A DNA stretch of 64,000 nucleotides from Thermoplasmata archaeon (lineage in GTDB: Archaea; Thermoplasmatota; Thermoplasmata; Lutacidiplasmatales; UBA184). The stretch is from NCBI GenBank assembly GCA_021798195.1, contig JAJZYH010000009.1:56-64055 (forward strand). The letters run 5' to 3'. Made by a program: the position numbers and the translations under genes. Positions 8,363 through 17,212 of this stretch are shown here, in pieces (position 1 is the first letter of the stretch; every line of letters begins with the position of its first letter). The notes below the pieces were generated by a model, which made no database searches, was not told the DNA's origin, and worked only from the letters and a program-made list of their open reading frames with translations.

Positions 8363-9145
8363 ATGACCGCGAACCCAGCCCACACGTTGACCGTGAAGAA
8401 CCTGCATGCCACCGTGGGTGGCAAGGAGATCCTCAAGGGGGTCACCCTGTCGCTCAAGTCCGGGGAACTGGTGGCCATGATGGGGCCCAACGGCTCCGGG
8501 AAGAGCACCCTCGCCAACGCGCTCATGGGGCATCCCAAGTACACCATCACGAAGGGGGAGGTCTACCTGGATGGCCAGAACCTTCTGGCCATGACCGTGG
8601 ACCAGCGGGCCCGGGCAGGCCTGTTCCTGGGCTTCCAGTACCCGGTGGAGGTTTCCGGGGTCTCCCTGTCCAAGTTCCTGTGGACCGCGTTCACCCAGAC
8701 CCGCAAGGCCGATGAGGTGGACACCGACGAGTTCCAGGCGGGCCTGGACCGGCACCTTGCCTACCTGGGACTGGACTCCTCGTTCCTGAAGCGCCCGTTG
8801 AACGAGGGGTTCTCCGGAGGGGAGAAGAAGCGGACCGAGGTCCTGCAGATGGCCACCCTGAAGCCTCGCTTCGCCATCCTCGACGAACCCGACAGCGGGT
8901 TGGACATCGACGCCGTGCGCTCGGTGGGCGAGACCGTGGACAAGCTGAGGAGCCCCGAGATCGGCATGCTGGTGGTCACGCACTACCAGAGGATCCTCAA
9001 GTTCCTGAAGCCCGACCGGGTCTACGTCATGGTGGACGGCGTGATCGCGCTGGAGGGCGGGGCCGAACTGGCCCAGGAGCTCGAGAGCCGGGGCTACGAC
9101 TGGGTGAAGGTGGGGGCGACGAACGCCCCCACGTCGGCCAGCTGA
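8363..9145 (+). CDS. sufC: Fe-S cluster assembly ATPase SufC
   Basis: Walker A GPNGSGKST, ABC signature FSGGEKKR, Walker B ILDEPDSGLD. GGAGAGGGGAG RBS before the ATG. Confidence 0.9.
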   Translation: MTANPAHTLTVKNLHATVGGKEILKGVTLSLKSGELVAMMGPNGSGKSTLANALMGHPKYTITKGEVYLDGQNLLAMTVDQRARAGLFLGFQYPVEVSGVSLSKFLWTAFTQTRKADEVDTDEFQAGLDRHLAYLGLDSSFLKRPLNEGFSGGEKKRTEVLQMATLKPRFAILDEPDSGLDIDAVRSVGETVDKLRSPEIGMLVVTHYQRILKFLKPDRVYVMVDGVIALEGGAELAQELESRGYDWVKVGATNAPTSAS

Positions 9146-9182
9146 ACCTTCCCGCGGGCTTTAACCCCCCGGCTCCGTATCG

Positions 9183-10442
9183 GTGGCGGCCATGCAAGAA
9201 CTCGAGGCGGGGGGAGCGGCGGGCTGCCGGAAGGATTTTCCCCTCCTCCGGCGCGTCTTCCACGGCCGTCCCCTCGTGTACCTCGACTCGGCGGCCACCT
9301 CGCAGAAGCCCGAGGAGGTCATCGCCGCCGAGGTGGAGTACTATAGCCGCCTCAATGCCAACGTCCACCGGGGGGTCTATGCCCTGAGCGAGGAGGCCAC
9401 CGACGCCTACGAAGCGGCGCGGGCCCGGGTGGCCCGATTCGTGGGGGCGAAGGACCCGGAGGAGATCGTGTTCGTCCGGGGGACCACCGAGGCGCTGAAC
9501 CTCCTCGCCACCTCCTGGGGTCGTCGGGAACTGAAGAAGGGGGACCGGGTGGTGGCCACGGAGATGGAGCATCACTCCAACATCGTTCCGTGGCACCTTC
9601 TCCGGGGCACGCCGGGGATCGACCTCGAGTTCGTCTCCATCACCGACGACGGGAAGCTGGACGGTCCGGACTTCGACCGGAAGGTGATCCGGGGCACGCG
9701 GGTCCTCACCATGACCCACGTCTCCAACGTCCTGGGGACCCTGAACCCTGTCCGGGAGCTCGCGGAAAAGGCGCATGACGCCGGGGCGATGGTGGTCCTC
9801 GACGCGGCGCAGTCCGCCCCGCACCTGCCCCTCGACGTGGAGAAGCTCGGGGTCGATTTCCTGGCCTTCTCGGGCCACAAGGTGCTGGGTCCCACCGGGA
9901 TCGGGGTCCTGTGGGGGCGCAAGGAGCTCCTGGGGAAGATGGAGCCGTACATGGGGGGCGGTGAGATGATCGTGGAAGTGGGCCCCCGGGAGATCACCTA
10001 CAAGGACCCGCCTTACCGGTTCGAAGCCGGTACGCCCAACGTGGCGGGAGCCGTGGTGCTCTCCCGGGCCCTGGACTACCTCGAGAAGGTGGGCTGGGAG
10101 GAGATCCAAGCGCATGAGAGGGACCTCATCCGGGACGGCTGGGAACAGCTCCGGGGGACCTTCGGGGACTCCATCCGGGTGTATGGGCCCCGCCCCTCCG
10201 ACGGGCACCATGCCGTGCTCTCGTTCACGTTCCCCCGCATCCACCCCCACGACGTGGCGAGCCTCCTGGACGCGGATGGAGTGGCGGTCCGGGCCGGCCA
10301 CCACTGCGCCCAGCTCATCATGAAGCGCTACGGCGTCCCCGCCATGACCCGGGCGAGCTACGGGATCTACAATACGCGGGAGGACACGAGGCAGCTCGTG
10401 GAATCCCTCCAGAAGGTCGTGCGGCTCCTGGGAACTCCCTGA
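9183..10442 (+). CDS. sufS: Cysteine desulfurase SufS (class II aminotransferase)
   Basis: LVYLDSAATSQKP, HHSNIVPW, SGHKVLGPTGIGVLWG, RAGHHCAQ motifs. Confidence 0.85.
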   Translation: MAAMQELEAGGAAGCRKDFPLLRRVFHGRPLVYLDSAATSQKPEEVIAAEVEYYSRLNANVHRGVYALSEEATDAYEAARARVARFVGAKDPEEIVFVRGTTEALNLLATSWGRRELKKGDRVVATEMEHHSNIVPWHLLRGTPGIDLEFVSITDDGKLDGPDFDRKVIRGTRVLTMTHVSNVLGTLNPVRELAEKAHDAGAMVVLDAAQSAPHLPLDVEKLGVDFLAFSGHKVLGPTGIGVLWGRKELLGKMEPYMGGGEMIVEVGPREITYKDPPYRFEAGTPNVAGAVVLSRALDYLEKVGWEEIQAHERDLIRDGWEQLRGTFGDSIRVYGPRPSDGHHAVLSFTFPRIHPHDVASLLDADGVAVRAGHHCAQLIMKRYGVPAMTRASYGIYNTREDTRQLVESLQKVVRLLGTP

Positions 10443-10462
10443 TCCGGCGGCTATCTCCCCGC

Positions 10463-10522
10463 GGAACCCCATTCCTGTGAATTTGTCAACAGGAATGTGA
10501 CCAAATGATTAAATACATTCCA
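10463..10522. promoter_or_regulatory. sufB promoter region: two inverted repeats with ATTCC/GGAAT half-sites flanking a TTAAATA box
   Basis: ATTCCTGT-N10-ACAGGAAT (10463-10488), TTAAATA, then ATTCCA-GTGG-TGGAAT. An AT-rich island immediately upstream of the sufB ATG. Confidence 0.45.
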
Positions 10523-10548
10523 GTGGTGGAATCGCCTGGAGGAGGAAG

Positions 10549-11961
10549 ATGGCACAGAACGCCGCCGAGCTCACCCCCTTGGACTACACTCGGTACGATT
10601 TCAAGAACCCCGAGACGTACAAGGTTCGGACGGCGAAGGGTCTTTCCGAAGAGATCGTCCGCCAGATCTCGAAGCTCAAGAGCGAGCCCCAGTGGATGCT
10701 GGACTACCGGCTCCGCGCCTACCAGCATTTCCTGGAGCGTCCCATGCCCGACTGGGGGCCCGATCTGTCCGAGATCGATTTCGATGCGTACACCTACTAT
10801 GCGAACCCCCTCGCCGAAGGGGACACCAAGAAGCGCTGGGAGGACCTTCCGGCCGACGTCCGGAACACCTTCGAGAAGCTGGGGATCCCCAAGGCGGAGC
10901 GGGAGTACTTCGGCGGGGTGGGGGCCCAGTACGACAGCGGCACGGTCTACCACAAGATCCGCGAGGACCTTTCCAAGAAGGGGGTCGTCTTCTGCGACAC
11001 CGACACCGCCGTGAAGGAGTACCCGGAGATCGTCCAGAAGTACTTCGGTAAGGTGGTCCCGTACAACGACAACAAGTTCAGCGCGCTCAATAGCGCCGTC
11101 TGGTCCGGCGGGAGCTTCGTCTACGTTCCTCCGGGGGTGGACGCCGGGATCCCCCTCCAGGCGTACTTCCGCATCAACGCGAAGAACGTGGGGCAGTTCG
11201 AGCGGACCCTCATCATCGCGGACAAGGACTCCAAGGTCCACTACATCGAGGGATGCACCGCCCCCATCTACTCCACCGATTCCCTCCACGCCGCCGTGGT
11301 GGAGGTGGTGGCGGAGCCCGGGGCCAAGGTCCGCTACACCACGGTCCAGAACTGGTCGAAGAACGTCTACAACCTGGTCACCAAGCGCGCCGTGGCCTAC
11401 GAGAACGCGCTGGTGGAATGGGTCGACGGGAACATGGGGAGCAAGATCACCATGAAGTACCCCTCCGTCTACCTCAAGGGGCGCGGGGCGCGCGCCGACA
11501 TCCTCTCGGTGGCCTTCGCCAGCGAGGGGCAGATCATCGATTCGGGGGCCAAGGCGGTCCACTCCGCCCCGGACACCTCGTCCAAGATCATCTCCAAGTC
11601 CATCGCCATCCGGGGGGGCCGGACCTCGTACCGGGGGCTCCTCCACGTGGCGAAGGGGGCCACCGGCGTCAAGGCGGCGGTCCGGTGCGATGCCCTCCTG
11701 CCCGACGCCGTGAGCCGGTCGGACACCTACCCCTACAACGAGATCCACGAGGAGGACGCCACCATCACCCACGAGGCGGTGGTGGGGAAGATCGGGGAGG
11801 AGCAGATCTTCTACCTCATGAGCCGCGGGCTCAAGGAGTCCGACGCCATCCACCTGATCCTCATGGGATTCCTCGCCGAGTTCGCGAAGGAGCTCCCCGT
11901 GGATTACGCCCTGGAGCTGAACCGCCTGATCCAGCTCGAGATGACCGGCGCGGTGGGATAG
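10549..11961 (+). CDS. sufB: Fe-S cluster assembly scaffold SufB
   Basis: Full-length SufB-like sequence (the conserved Cys in the IEGCTAPIYS region, C-terminal SufB/D fold). Confidence 0.9.
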   Translation: MAQNAAELTPLDYTRYDFKNPETYKVRTAKGLSEEIVRQISKLKSEPQWMLDYRLRAYQHFLERPMPDWGPDLSEIDFDAYTYYANPLAEGDTKKRWEDLPADVRNTFEKLGIPKAEREYFGGVGAQYDSGTVYHKIREDLSKKGVVFCDTDTAVKEYPEIVQKYFGKVVPYNDNKFSALNSAVWSGGSFVYVPPGVDAGIPLQAYFRINAKNVGQFERTLIIADKDSKVHYIEGCTAPIYSTDSLHAAVVEVVAEPGAKVRYTTVQNWSKNVYNLVTKRAVAYENALVEWVDGNMGSKITMKYPSVYLKGRGARADILSVAFASEGQIIDSGAKAVHSAPDTSSKIISKSIAIRGGRTSYRGLLHVAKGATGVKAAVRCDALLPDAVSRSDTYPYNEIHEEDATITHEAVVGKIGEEQIFYLMSRGLKESDAIHLILMGFLAEFAKELPVDYALELNRLIQLEMTGAVG

Positions 11962-12014
11962 GCCACGGTCCCGATCCCTTCCGCGGCCCCCCGGGAAGGG
12001 AGGCCCGCCTCTCC

Positions 12015-12338
12015 ATGAATGCACCCGAGGGATCGTTTCTGGTCCGCTGCGCCGCGCGGGACTGCTCCCACATCCTCGGGTTCATCGTGGACGTGGAGGA
12101 GAACCGCCTCCTTGCCTTCTGCGAGGAGCACACCCCCTCCTCGGGCACCGGATCCGTGCCCCCTCTCCGGAACGGCCTTGGGGACACGCCTCCCGCGGCT
12201 CCCGGGGCCTTCGAGGTCCGCGAGGTCATCTGCGCCGAACCCCGGTGCGACCGGAGCCTCTGGATCCAGGTGGACCCCTCCGCGGGGATCCTCCGGATCC
12301 ATTGTTCCCTCCATCGGCCCCGGACGGCGGCCCATTGA
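12015..12338 (+). CDS. Small protein with an internally duplicated C-x4-C...C-x2-H module (putative zinc-binding)
   Basis: Two repeats: FLVRCAARDCSHILGFIVDVEENRLLAFCEEH and EVREVICAEPRCDRSLWIQVDPSAGILRIHCSLH. Confidence 0.4.
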   Translation: MNAPEGSFLVRCAARDCSHILGFIVDVEENRLLAFCEEHTPSSGTGSVPPLRNGLGDTPPAAPGAFEVREVICAEPRCDRSLWIQVDPSAGILRIHCSLHRPRTAAH

Positions 12339-12384
12339 CGGGAGCGCCCCCCGGACTTATCTACGGACCGGGGCTCGCGGCCCC

Positions 12385-14799
12385 ATGAACCCCGAGAGTT
12401 ACGAGATCCAGCTGGAGATCGACTTTGAGACGGGTTCGTTCCGGGGTACGGTGCTGGTGCGGGGGTCTCCCGCGGATCCCACGGAGCGCTGGCACGCCGT
12501 AGGACTCGGCATCGACGAGGTCCGGGCGGACGGGCAGCTCGTTCGCTTCGAGCTGGACCCCGCCCACGAGTCGCTGGTCCTCCAGGGGGTCCCCCCGAGG
12601 GCCCAGGTCCTCTCCTTCCGCTTCCACGGGGCCGCGCAGGAAAAGGCCCTCACGGGCCTCTACTGGACCCGGTACGGGACCCAACGGGCGCTCACCACGC
12701 AATTCGCTCCGGTGTCGGCGCGTCGCCTGTTCCCCTGCCGGGACGAACCTGCGGCCAAGGCCCGGTTCCGCCTCGAGGTCGCGGTGGACCCGGGTCTCGA
12801 GGTGGTGTTCAACACCCCCCCGGAATCCGTGACCTCCCGGTCCGGGCGGAAGGTGATCCGGTTCCAGGAGACCCCCCGGATGTCCCCCTACCTCCTTTAC
12901 CTCGGCGTGGGCCGCTTCGAGCCGCTGGAGGGAAGGGCGGGGGACGTCCGGTTGCGGGTCCTCACGCCCCCGGGACGCAGCGCCTCGGGGGCCTGGGCCC
13001 TCGAGATCGCCCAGAAGGTCCTCCCCCTCTATGCGAGGTACTACGGGATCCGGTACCCCCTTCCCAAGCTGGACCTCCTCGCCATCCCGGACCTCTGGGC
13101 GGGGGCCATGGAGAACTGGGGGGCGATCTCCTTCCGGGAGGCCGACCTCCTGGCCGACCGGACCACCCCCACGCGGACCCGGATGGAGATCACGGACACC
13201 ATCGCCCACGAGATCGCCCACCAGTGGTTCGGGAACCTCGTCACCATGGAGTGGTGGGACGACATCTGGCTCAACGAGAGCTTCGCCACGTTCGTCTCCC
13301 ACGTGGCCGTGGCGGAGCTCTTCCCGGAGTGGGAGATGTGGGACAAGTTCGCCCGGGACTGGACGGGATGGGGCCTCGAGGGGGACTCCTACGCATGCAC
13401 CCACGCCATCGAGGTCCCGGTGAAGGACCCCGAGGAGATCGCCCAGATCTTCGACGAGATCAGCTACGGGAAGGGAGCGAGCGTCCTGAGGATGATCGAG
13501 ACCTTCCTGGGTCCGGAGACGTTCCGAACGGGGGTCTCCCGCTACCTGGCGGCCCACGCCTACGGGAACGCGAAGGGACACGAGCTCTGGACGAGCCTCT
13601 CCGAGGCGTCGGGCCAGCCCGTGGACCGGATCATGGAGACCTGGATCCGGGTCCCGGGGCATCCCGTGGTGTCCGCCTCCGTGGAGGGGCACCTGGTCCG
13701 CCTGCGCCAGGGGCGCTTCCGGTACCAGGGAACCTCCCCGGATGCCCCGTGGCCCATCCCCCTCCGCTTCCAGGACGGGGAAGGGATCCGCACCCTCCTC
13801 CTGGAGACCCCGGAGGCCGAGATCCGGCTGGACCGGCCCGAGAGGTTCTGGCTCGACCCCGACGGGAGCGGGTTCTACCGGGCCCAATACGATGCCGCCA
13901 CCTGCGAGCGGCTGCGGAGGGACTACCCGTCCCTGCCCCCCTCCGTCCGCCGGAACGTTCTCCGGGACCTGGGCGCCTTCCTCCTCTCCGGGGATGCCAC
14001 CCTCCCCCAGTACCTCGCCTTCGTGGAGGAGGCCCTCAAGACCCCGACCTCCACGGTCTCGCACGTCATCTCCGACACCCTCTCGAGACTCCACGGATGG
14101 GTCCCCGAAAGCCGGGTCCTCGCCGAGGCGCACCGGCGCTTCCACATCGCCGAGGGGGACCGCCTGGGCCTCGGGCACGCACCGGGGGAGCCTCCGGTGG
14201 TGGGCGCCCTCCGGGAGTCGATCCTCCTTCGGAGGGTCCGGGTGGACGATGCCTTCGCCGTGGAGGTGGCGGCGGAAGTGAGAGGGGACGAGGCATCCCA
14301 CGCGGATCCGGACGTCCGGTCCGTGGCCTGGGCGGCGTACGCCCGCACCCGCGGGGGTCCGGCCGTCCCGGAACTCCTGGAACGGATCGCGCACCCGCCC
14401 ACGGACCTGGATGCCTACCACGCGGCGGCCGCGCTGGGATATCTCCCGACCTCCGGAGAGCTCGCGGACGCCCTGGAGGGCATCACCCGGGGGACCATCC
14501 CCAGTGCCCTCGCCCCGCTCCTCCTGCGCTCGGTGATCCATAACCCCGCGGGAAAGGACGCGAGCTGGTCCTGGCTCGTCCAGAACCTCGATGCGTTGGC
14601 TCGCCTCTACACCGGAAGCGGTTTCATGTCGCGCATCCTCGAGGAAAGCCTCCCCGTCCTGGGCCGGGGGCGGCTGGAGGAGGTGCGGCGCACCTTCGAA
14701 GGGCGGGCGATCCCCGAGGGCTCCCGGGGCCTCCGCAAGGGCCTCGAGATGCTCCGCATCCTGGAAACGCGGGCGGCGTACCTCTCCGGTCCCCCGTGA
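12385..14799 (+). CDS. M1-family zinc aminopeptidase (aminopeptidase N / tricorn-interacting factor F3-like) with a C-terminal helical domain
   Basis: GAMENWG, HEIAHQWFGNLVTMEWWDDIWLNESFA (HExxH...E) motifs. ATG at 12385 chosen over the longer upstream ORF. Confidence 0.85.
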   Translation: MNPESYEIQLEIDFETGSFRGTVLVRGSPADPTERWHAVGLGIDEVRADGQLVRFELDPAHESLVLQGVPPRAQVLSFRFHGAAQEKALTGLYWTRYGTQRALTTQFAPVSARRLFPCRDEPAAKARFRLEVAVDPGLEVVFNTPPESVTSRSGRKVIRFQETPRMSPYLLYLGVGRFEPLEGRAGDVRLRVLTPPGRSASGAWALEIAQKVLPLYARYYGIRYPLPKLDLLAIPDLWAGAMENWGAISFREADLLADRTTPTRTRMEITDTIAHEIAHQWFGNLVTMEWWDDIWLNESFATFVSHVAVAELFPEWEMWDKFARDWTGWGLEGDSYACTHAIEVPVKDPEEIAQIFDEISYGKGASVLRMIETFLGPETFRTGVSRYLAAHAYGNAKGHELWTSLSEASGQPVDRIMETWIRVPGHPVVSASVEGHLVRLRQGRFRYQGTSPDAPWPIPLRFQDGEGIRTLLLETPEAEIRLDRPERFWLDPDGSGFYRAQYDAATCERLRRDYPSLPPSVRRNVLRDLGAFLLSGDATLPQYLAFVEEALKTPTSTVSHVISDTLSRLHGWVPESRVLAEAHRRFHIAEGDRLGLGHAPGEPPVVGALRESILLRRVRVDDAFAVEVAAEVRGDEASHADPDVRSVAWAAYARTRGGPAVPELLERIAHPPTDLDAYHAAAALGYLPTSGELADALEGITRGTIPSALAPLLLRSVIHNPAGKDASWSWLVQNLDALARLYTGSGFMSRILEESLPVLGRGRLEEVRRTFEGRAIPEGSRGLRKGLEMLRILETRAAYLSGPP

Positions 14800-14817
14800 A
14801 CACGGGATCCCCGGGGA

Positions 14818-16269
14818 TCAGGGGGATGGCTGGGACCGTCCTGCGGCGTCCCGGAGCTTCGTGTCCATCCTCCAGTCTCCCATGGTCCCCCAGCCTGCGA
14901 TCCGGAGCGGCGGGAGCGAAGGGAGGGCACCTTCCGCGGACCAGGTCACCGACGAACCGTTCCAGCGGAGGTCCAGCGGGGGGTAGAGGACCTCCCGGAG
15001 ACCTTCCACGGGCGCCCGGTCCAGCACATGGGCGAGGAAGCCCTCGGTGATCATCCGGGTCGCCTCGGGAGCGGGGATCCCCCGGCTCTCCAGGTAGAAC
15101 ACCCGTTCGGGATCGATGGGGGCGACGGAGGAGGAGTGCGTGGCCTTCACGTCCTGCGAGGAGAGGATCTCGAGGCCCGGGACGCTCTCGGACCGTGCCC
15201 CCTTGGAAAGGAGCATGGCATGCTCCGAGAGGTAGGAGACCACCTTCCGGGTCTGCGGTTGGATCCGCATCATGCCCCGGCTGGTCCCCCGGGCCCGGTC
15301 CTTGAAGACCCCCCGGGTGATGGATTGCCCCTTGGTGTCGTCCCCCGCGTGGGTGATCTCCACGTAGCTGTTGAACGCCTGGTCCTGGTCCCCGTAGATC
15401 GTCTGGAGGTCCTCCACCTCCCCCCCGGGGGCACCGATCACGGATTCGTTCCGGCTGATGGTCCGGAACCCGTCGAACCCGGCCCAGATCCATCCCACCT
15501 TGGCGTTCCGCGCGGTGGTGGTCCTCCGGTTAAAGAACGAGACCGCGGCGCCGTCCGGCGCATGGACGGTGAGGTAGACGGTGTCGGTGTCATCCGCGGG
15601 GAGGATGTCCACCGAGCTCGAATAGAGCCGCTGTCGCGGGGAGGGACCCGTGGAATAGACCTCCTCGCTGTAGAGGAGCTTCGTGTTCTGCCCCGGGCGC
15701 AGGAAGCGGCGCACCACGAGCCCTTCCGCGGGCTTCGAGAGGATGGAGATGTCCTGGACCCGGACCGGCGTCGGGAAGCGGTCGGGGACGCGCAGATAGA
15801 CGGCCCGGTTCACCAGCGCCGCGTTCAGGGACTGGAACTTCTCCGAGCGGAGGTAGGGGGCATCGAAGAAGTCGCGGGAGTCGGCATCGCCCCCGCGGAG
15901 CAGCTCCGGCAGGGTCCGGACCGTGATCCCGCCTTTCCGGAGCTCGTCGGGGAGGTATACCCGGGTCCCGCTCGCGTCGTGGACCAGAAGAATCTCTCCC
16001 GGGTGCACGGGAGGCATCCGGACCGGCGAGCCGGTGAGAGCCGGGTCGAGACCCCCCAGGTCGACGCCGGCGAAGTAGGCGTACTTGCGGTAGAGAGGGT
16101 TCAATTCGGCGGGAAGCTTCTGGTAGGCGGCGAACGCCTCCTCCCTCCGCCGACGGACGGGTTCGGGGTCGCCGAGGGCATCGGAGACTTCTCGAACCTG
16201 TTCCACCCGGAACCAAGTGTTGGGGGTCACGCTGGATACGGCCATGGGATCGACGTTCTCCAACGGCAC
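14818..16269 (-). CDS. sufD: Fe-S cluster assembly protein SufD (SufB/SufD family)
   Basis: C-terminal SufBD beta-helix region. Lacks the SufB-type Cys-rich insert. Confidence 0.7.
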   Translation of the reverse strand: MPLENVDPMAVSSVTPNTWFRVEQVREVSDALGDPEPVRRRREEAFAAYQKLPAELNPLYRKYAYFAGVDLGGLDPALTGSPVRMPPVHPGEILLVHDASGTRVYLPDELRKGGITVRTLPELLRGGDADSRDFFDAPYLRSEKFQSLNAALVNRAVYLRVPDRFPTPVRVQDISILSKPAEGLVVRRFLRPGQNTKLLYSEEVYSTGPSPRQRLYSSSVDILPADDTDTVYLTVHAPDGAAVSFFNRRTTTARNAKVGWIWAGFDGFRTISRNESVIGAPGGEVEDLQTIYGDQDQAFNSYVEITHAGDDTKGQSITRGVFKDRARGTSRGMMRIQPQTRKVVSYLSEHAMLLSKGARSESVPGLEILSSQDVKATHSSSVAPIDPERVFYLESRGIPAPEATRMITEGFLAHVLDRAPVEGLREVLYPPLDLRWNGSSVTWSAEGALPSLPPLRIAGWGTMGDWRMDTKLRDAAGRSQPSP

Positions 16270-16517
16270 CGGGGTATAAGCGTCATGTCGGGACCCTCAC
16301 GACAAGCGGTCCCGGGCCGTTGCGCCACCAAGCGGGCCGCTCCCGGGGAACGGTCCCGGCTCCGTGGGTCCCCAGAGACCTCTCCGTGGCGGTAAGGCCA
16401 TGTCCTCTTCGGGCCCCACGAAGGAAGGGGCCCCCCGCCCGGTTCGGCGCCCCCCGAACCGATTTATACAGACGCACGACATGCCCGTCTGCCGGGGTTT
16501 CCCCGGGGGAAGATGCC

Positions 16518-16949
16518 ATGGCCTACGACATGTACCAGGAGAAGATCCTGGACCACTACAAGCGCCCCCGGAACTTCGGACACCTGGAGCATCCGGACCT
16601 CGAGGGGGCCGAGAGCAACCCCTTGTGCGGGGACAAGATCCGGCTGGAGCTCCGTTTGGACCCCTCCCGGAAGACGGTGGACGACGTGCGGTTCTCCGGG
16701 GAGGGTTGTGCCATCTCGGTGGCGAGCGCTTCGATGCTCACGGCCCGGATCAAGGGGAAACCCCTCTCGGAGATCTCCCGGCTCCACCGGAAGGACGTGG
16801 AGGAGATGCTGGGTATCCCCCTGTCCCCCGTCCGGGTGAAGTGCGCCCTCACCTCCCTCAAGGCCCTCGCGGAAGCCCTGCTCCCCACCCCCACCCCTCT
16901 CGTGACGGAGGAGGAACCCCCTGTCCCGGCTTCCGGGACCGGCTCATGA
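16518..16949 (+). CDS. sufU: SufU/IscU-like (NifU N-terminal domain) sulfur-transfer/scaffold protein
   Basis: ILDHYKRPRNFG ... PLCGDKIRL ... GEGCAISVASASM ... KCALTS motifs match SufU closely. Confidence 0.8.
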   Translation: MAYDMYQEKILDHYKRPRNFGHLEHPDLEGAESNPLCGDKIRLELRLDPSRKTVDDVRFSGEGCAISVASASMLTARIKGKPLSEISRLHRKDVEEMLGIPLSPVRVKCALTSLKALAEALLPTPTPLVTEEEPPVPASGTGS

Positions 16950-17152
16950 TCCGGGTGGATCCCGAATCGTGCTGCCTCTGCGGGCTCTGCGTGGGGGTCT
17001 GCCCGCCCGACGCGCTGGATCTCACCCCCAGCGAGCTCCGGGTCCTCCCGCAGTGCACCGATTGCGGCTGGTGCGTCCCCTACTGCCCCGTGGGAGCCCT
17101 TTCCGGAGGCCGGATCCCCCGGGCCCAGACCCGACCTCCCTTCCTGCCCTGA
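16946..17152 (+). CDS. Small 4Fe-4S ferredoxin
   Basis: CCLCGLCVGVCP and CTDCGWCVPYCP motifs. ATGA overlap with the sufU stop. Confidence 0.6.
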   Translation: MIRVDPESCCLCGLCVGVCPPDALDLTPSELRVLPQCTDCGWCVPYCPVGALSGGRIPRAQTRPPFLP

Positions 17153-17212
17153 GACGTTTCGTCCCCGTCGCTTCAACTCCCTTTTAACCCTCGGGGGACT
17201 CATCCCCCCTCC

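Noticed and set aside
12361-14541. 726-aa minus-strand ORF
   Set aside because: Antisense to the M1 aminopeptidase, which has unambiguous HExxH...E motifs. Artefact.
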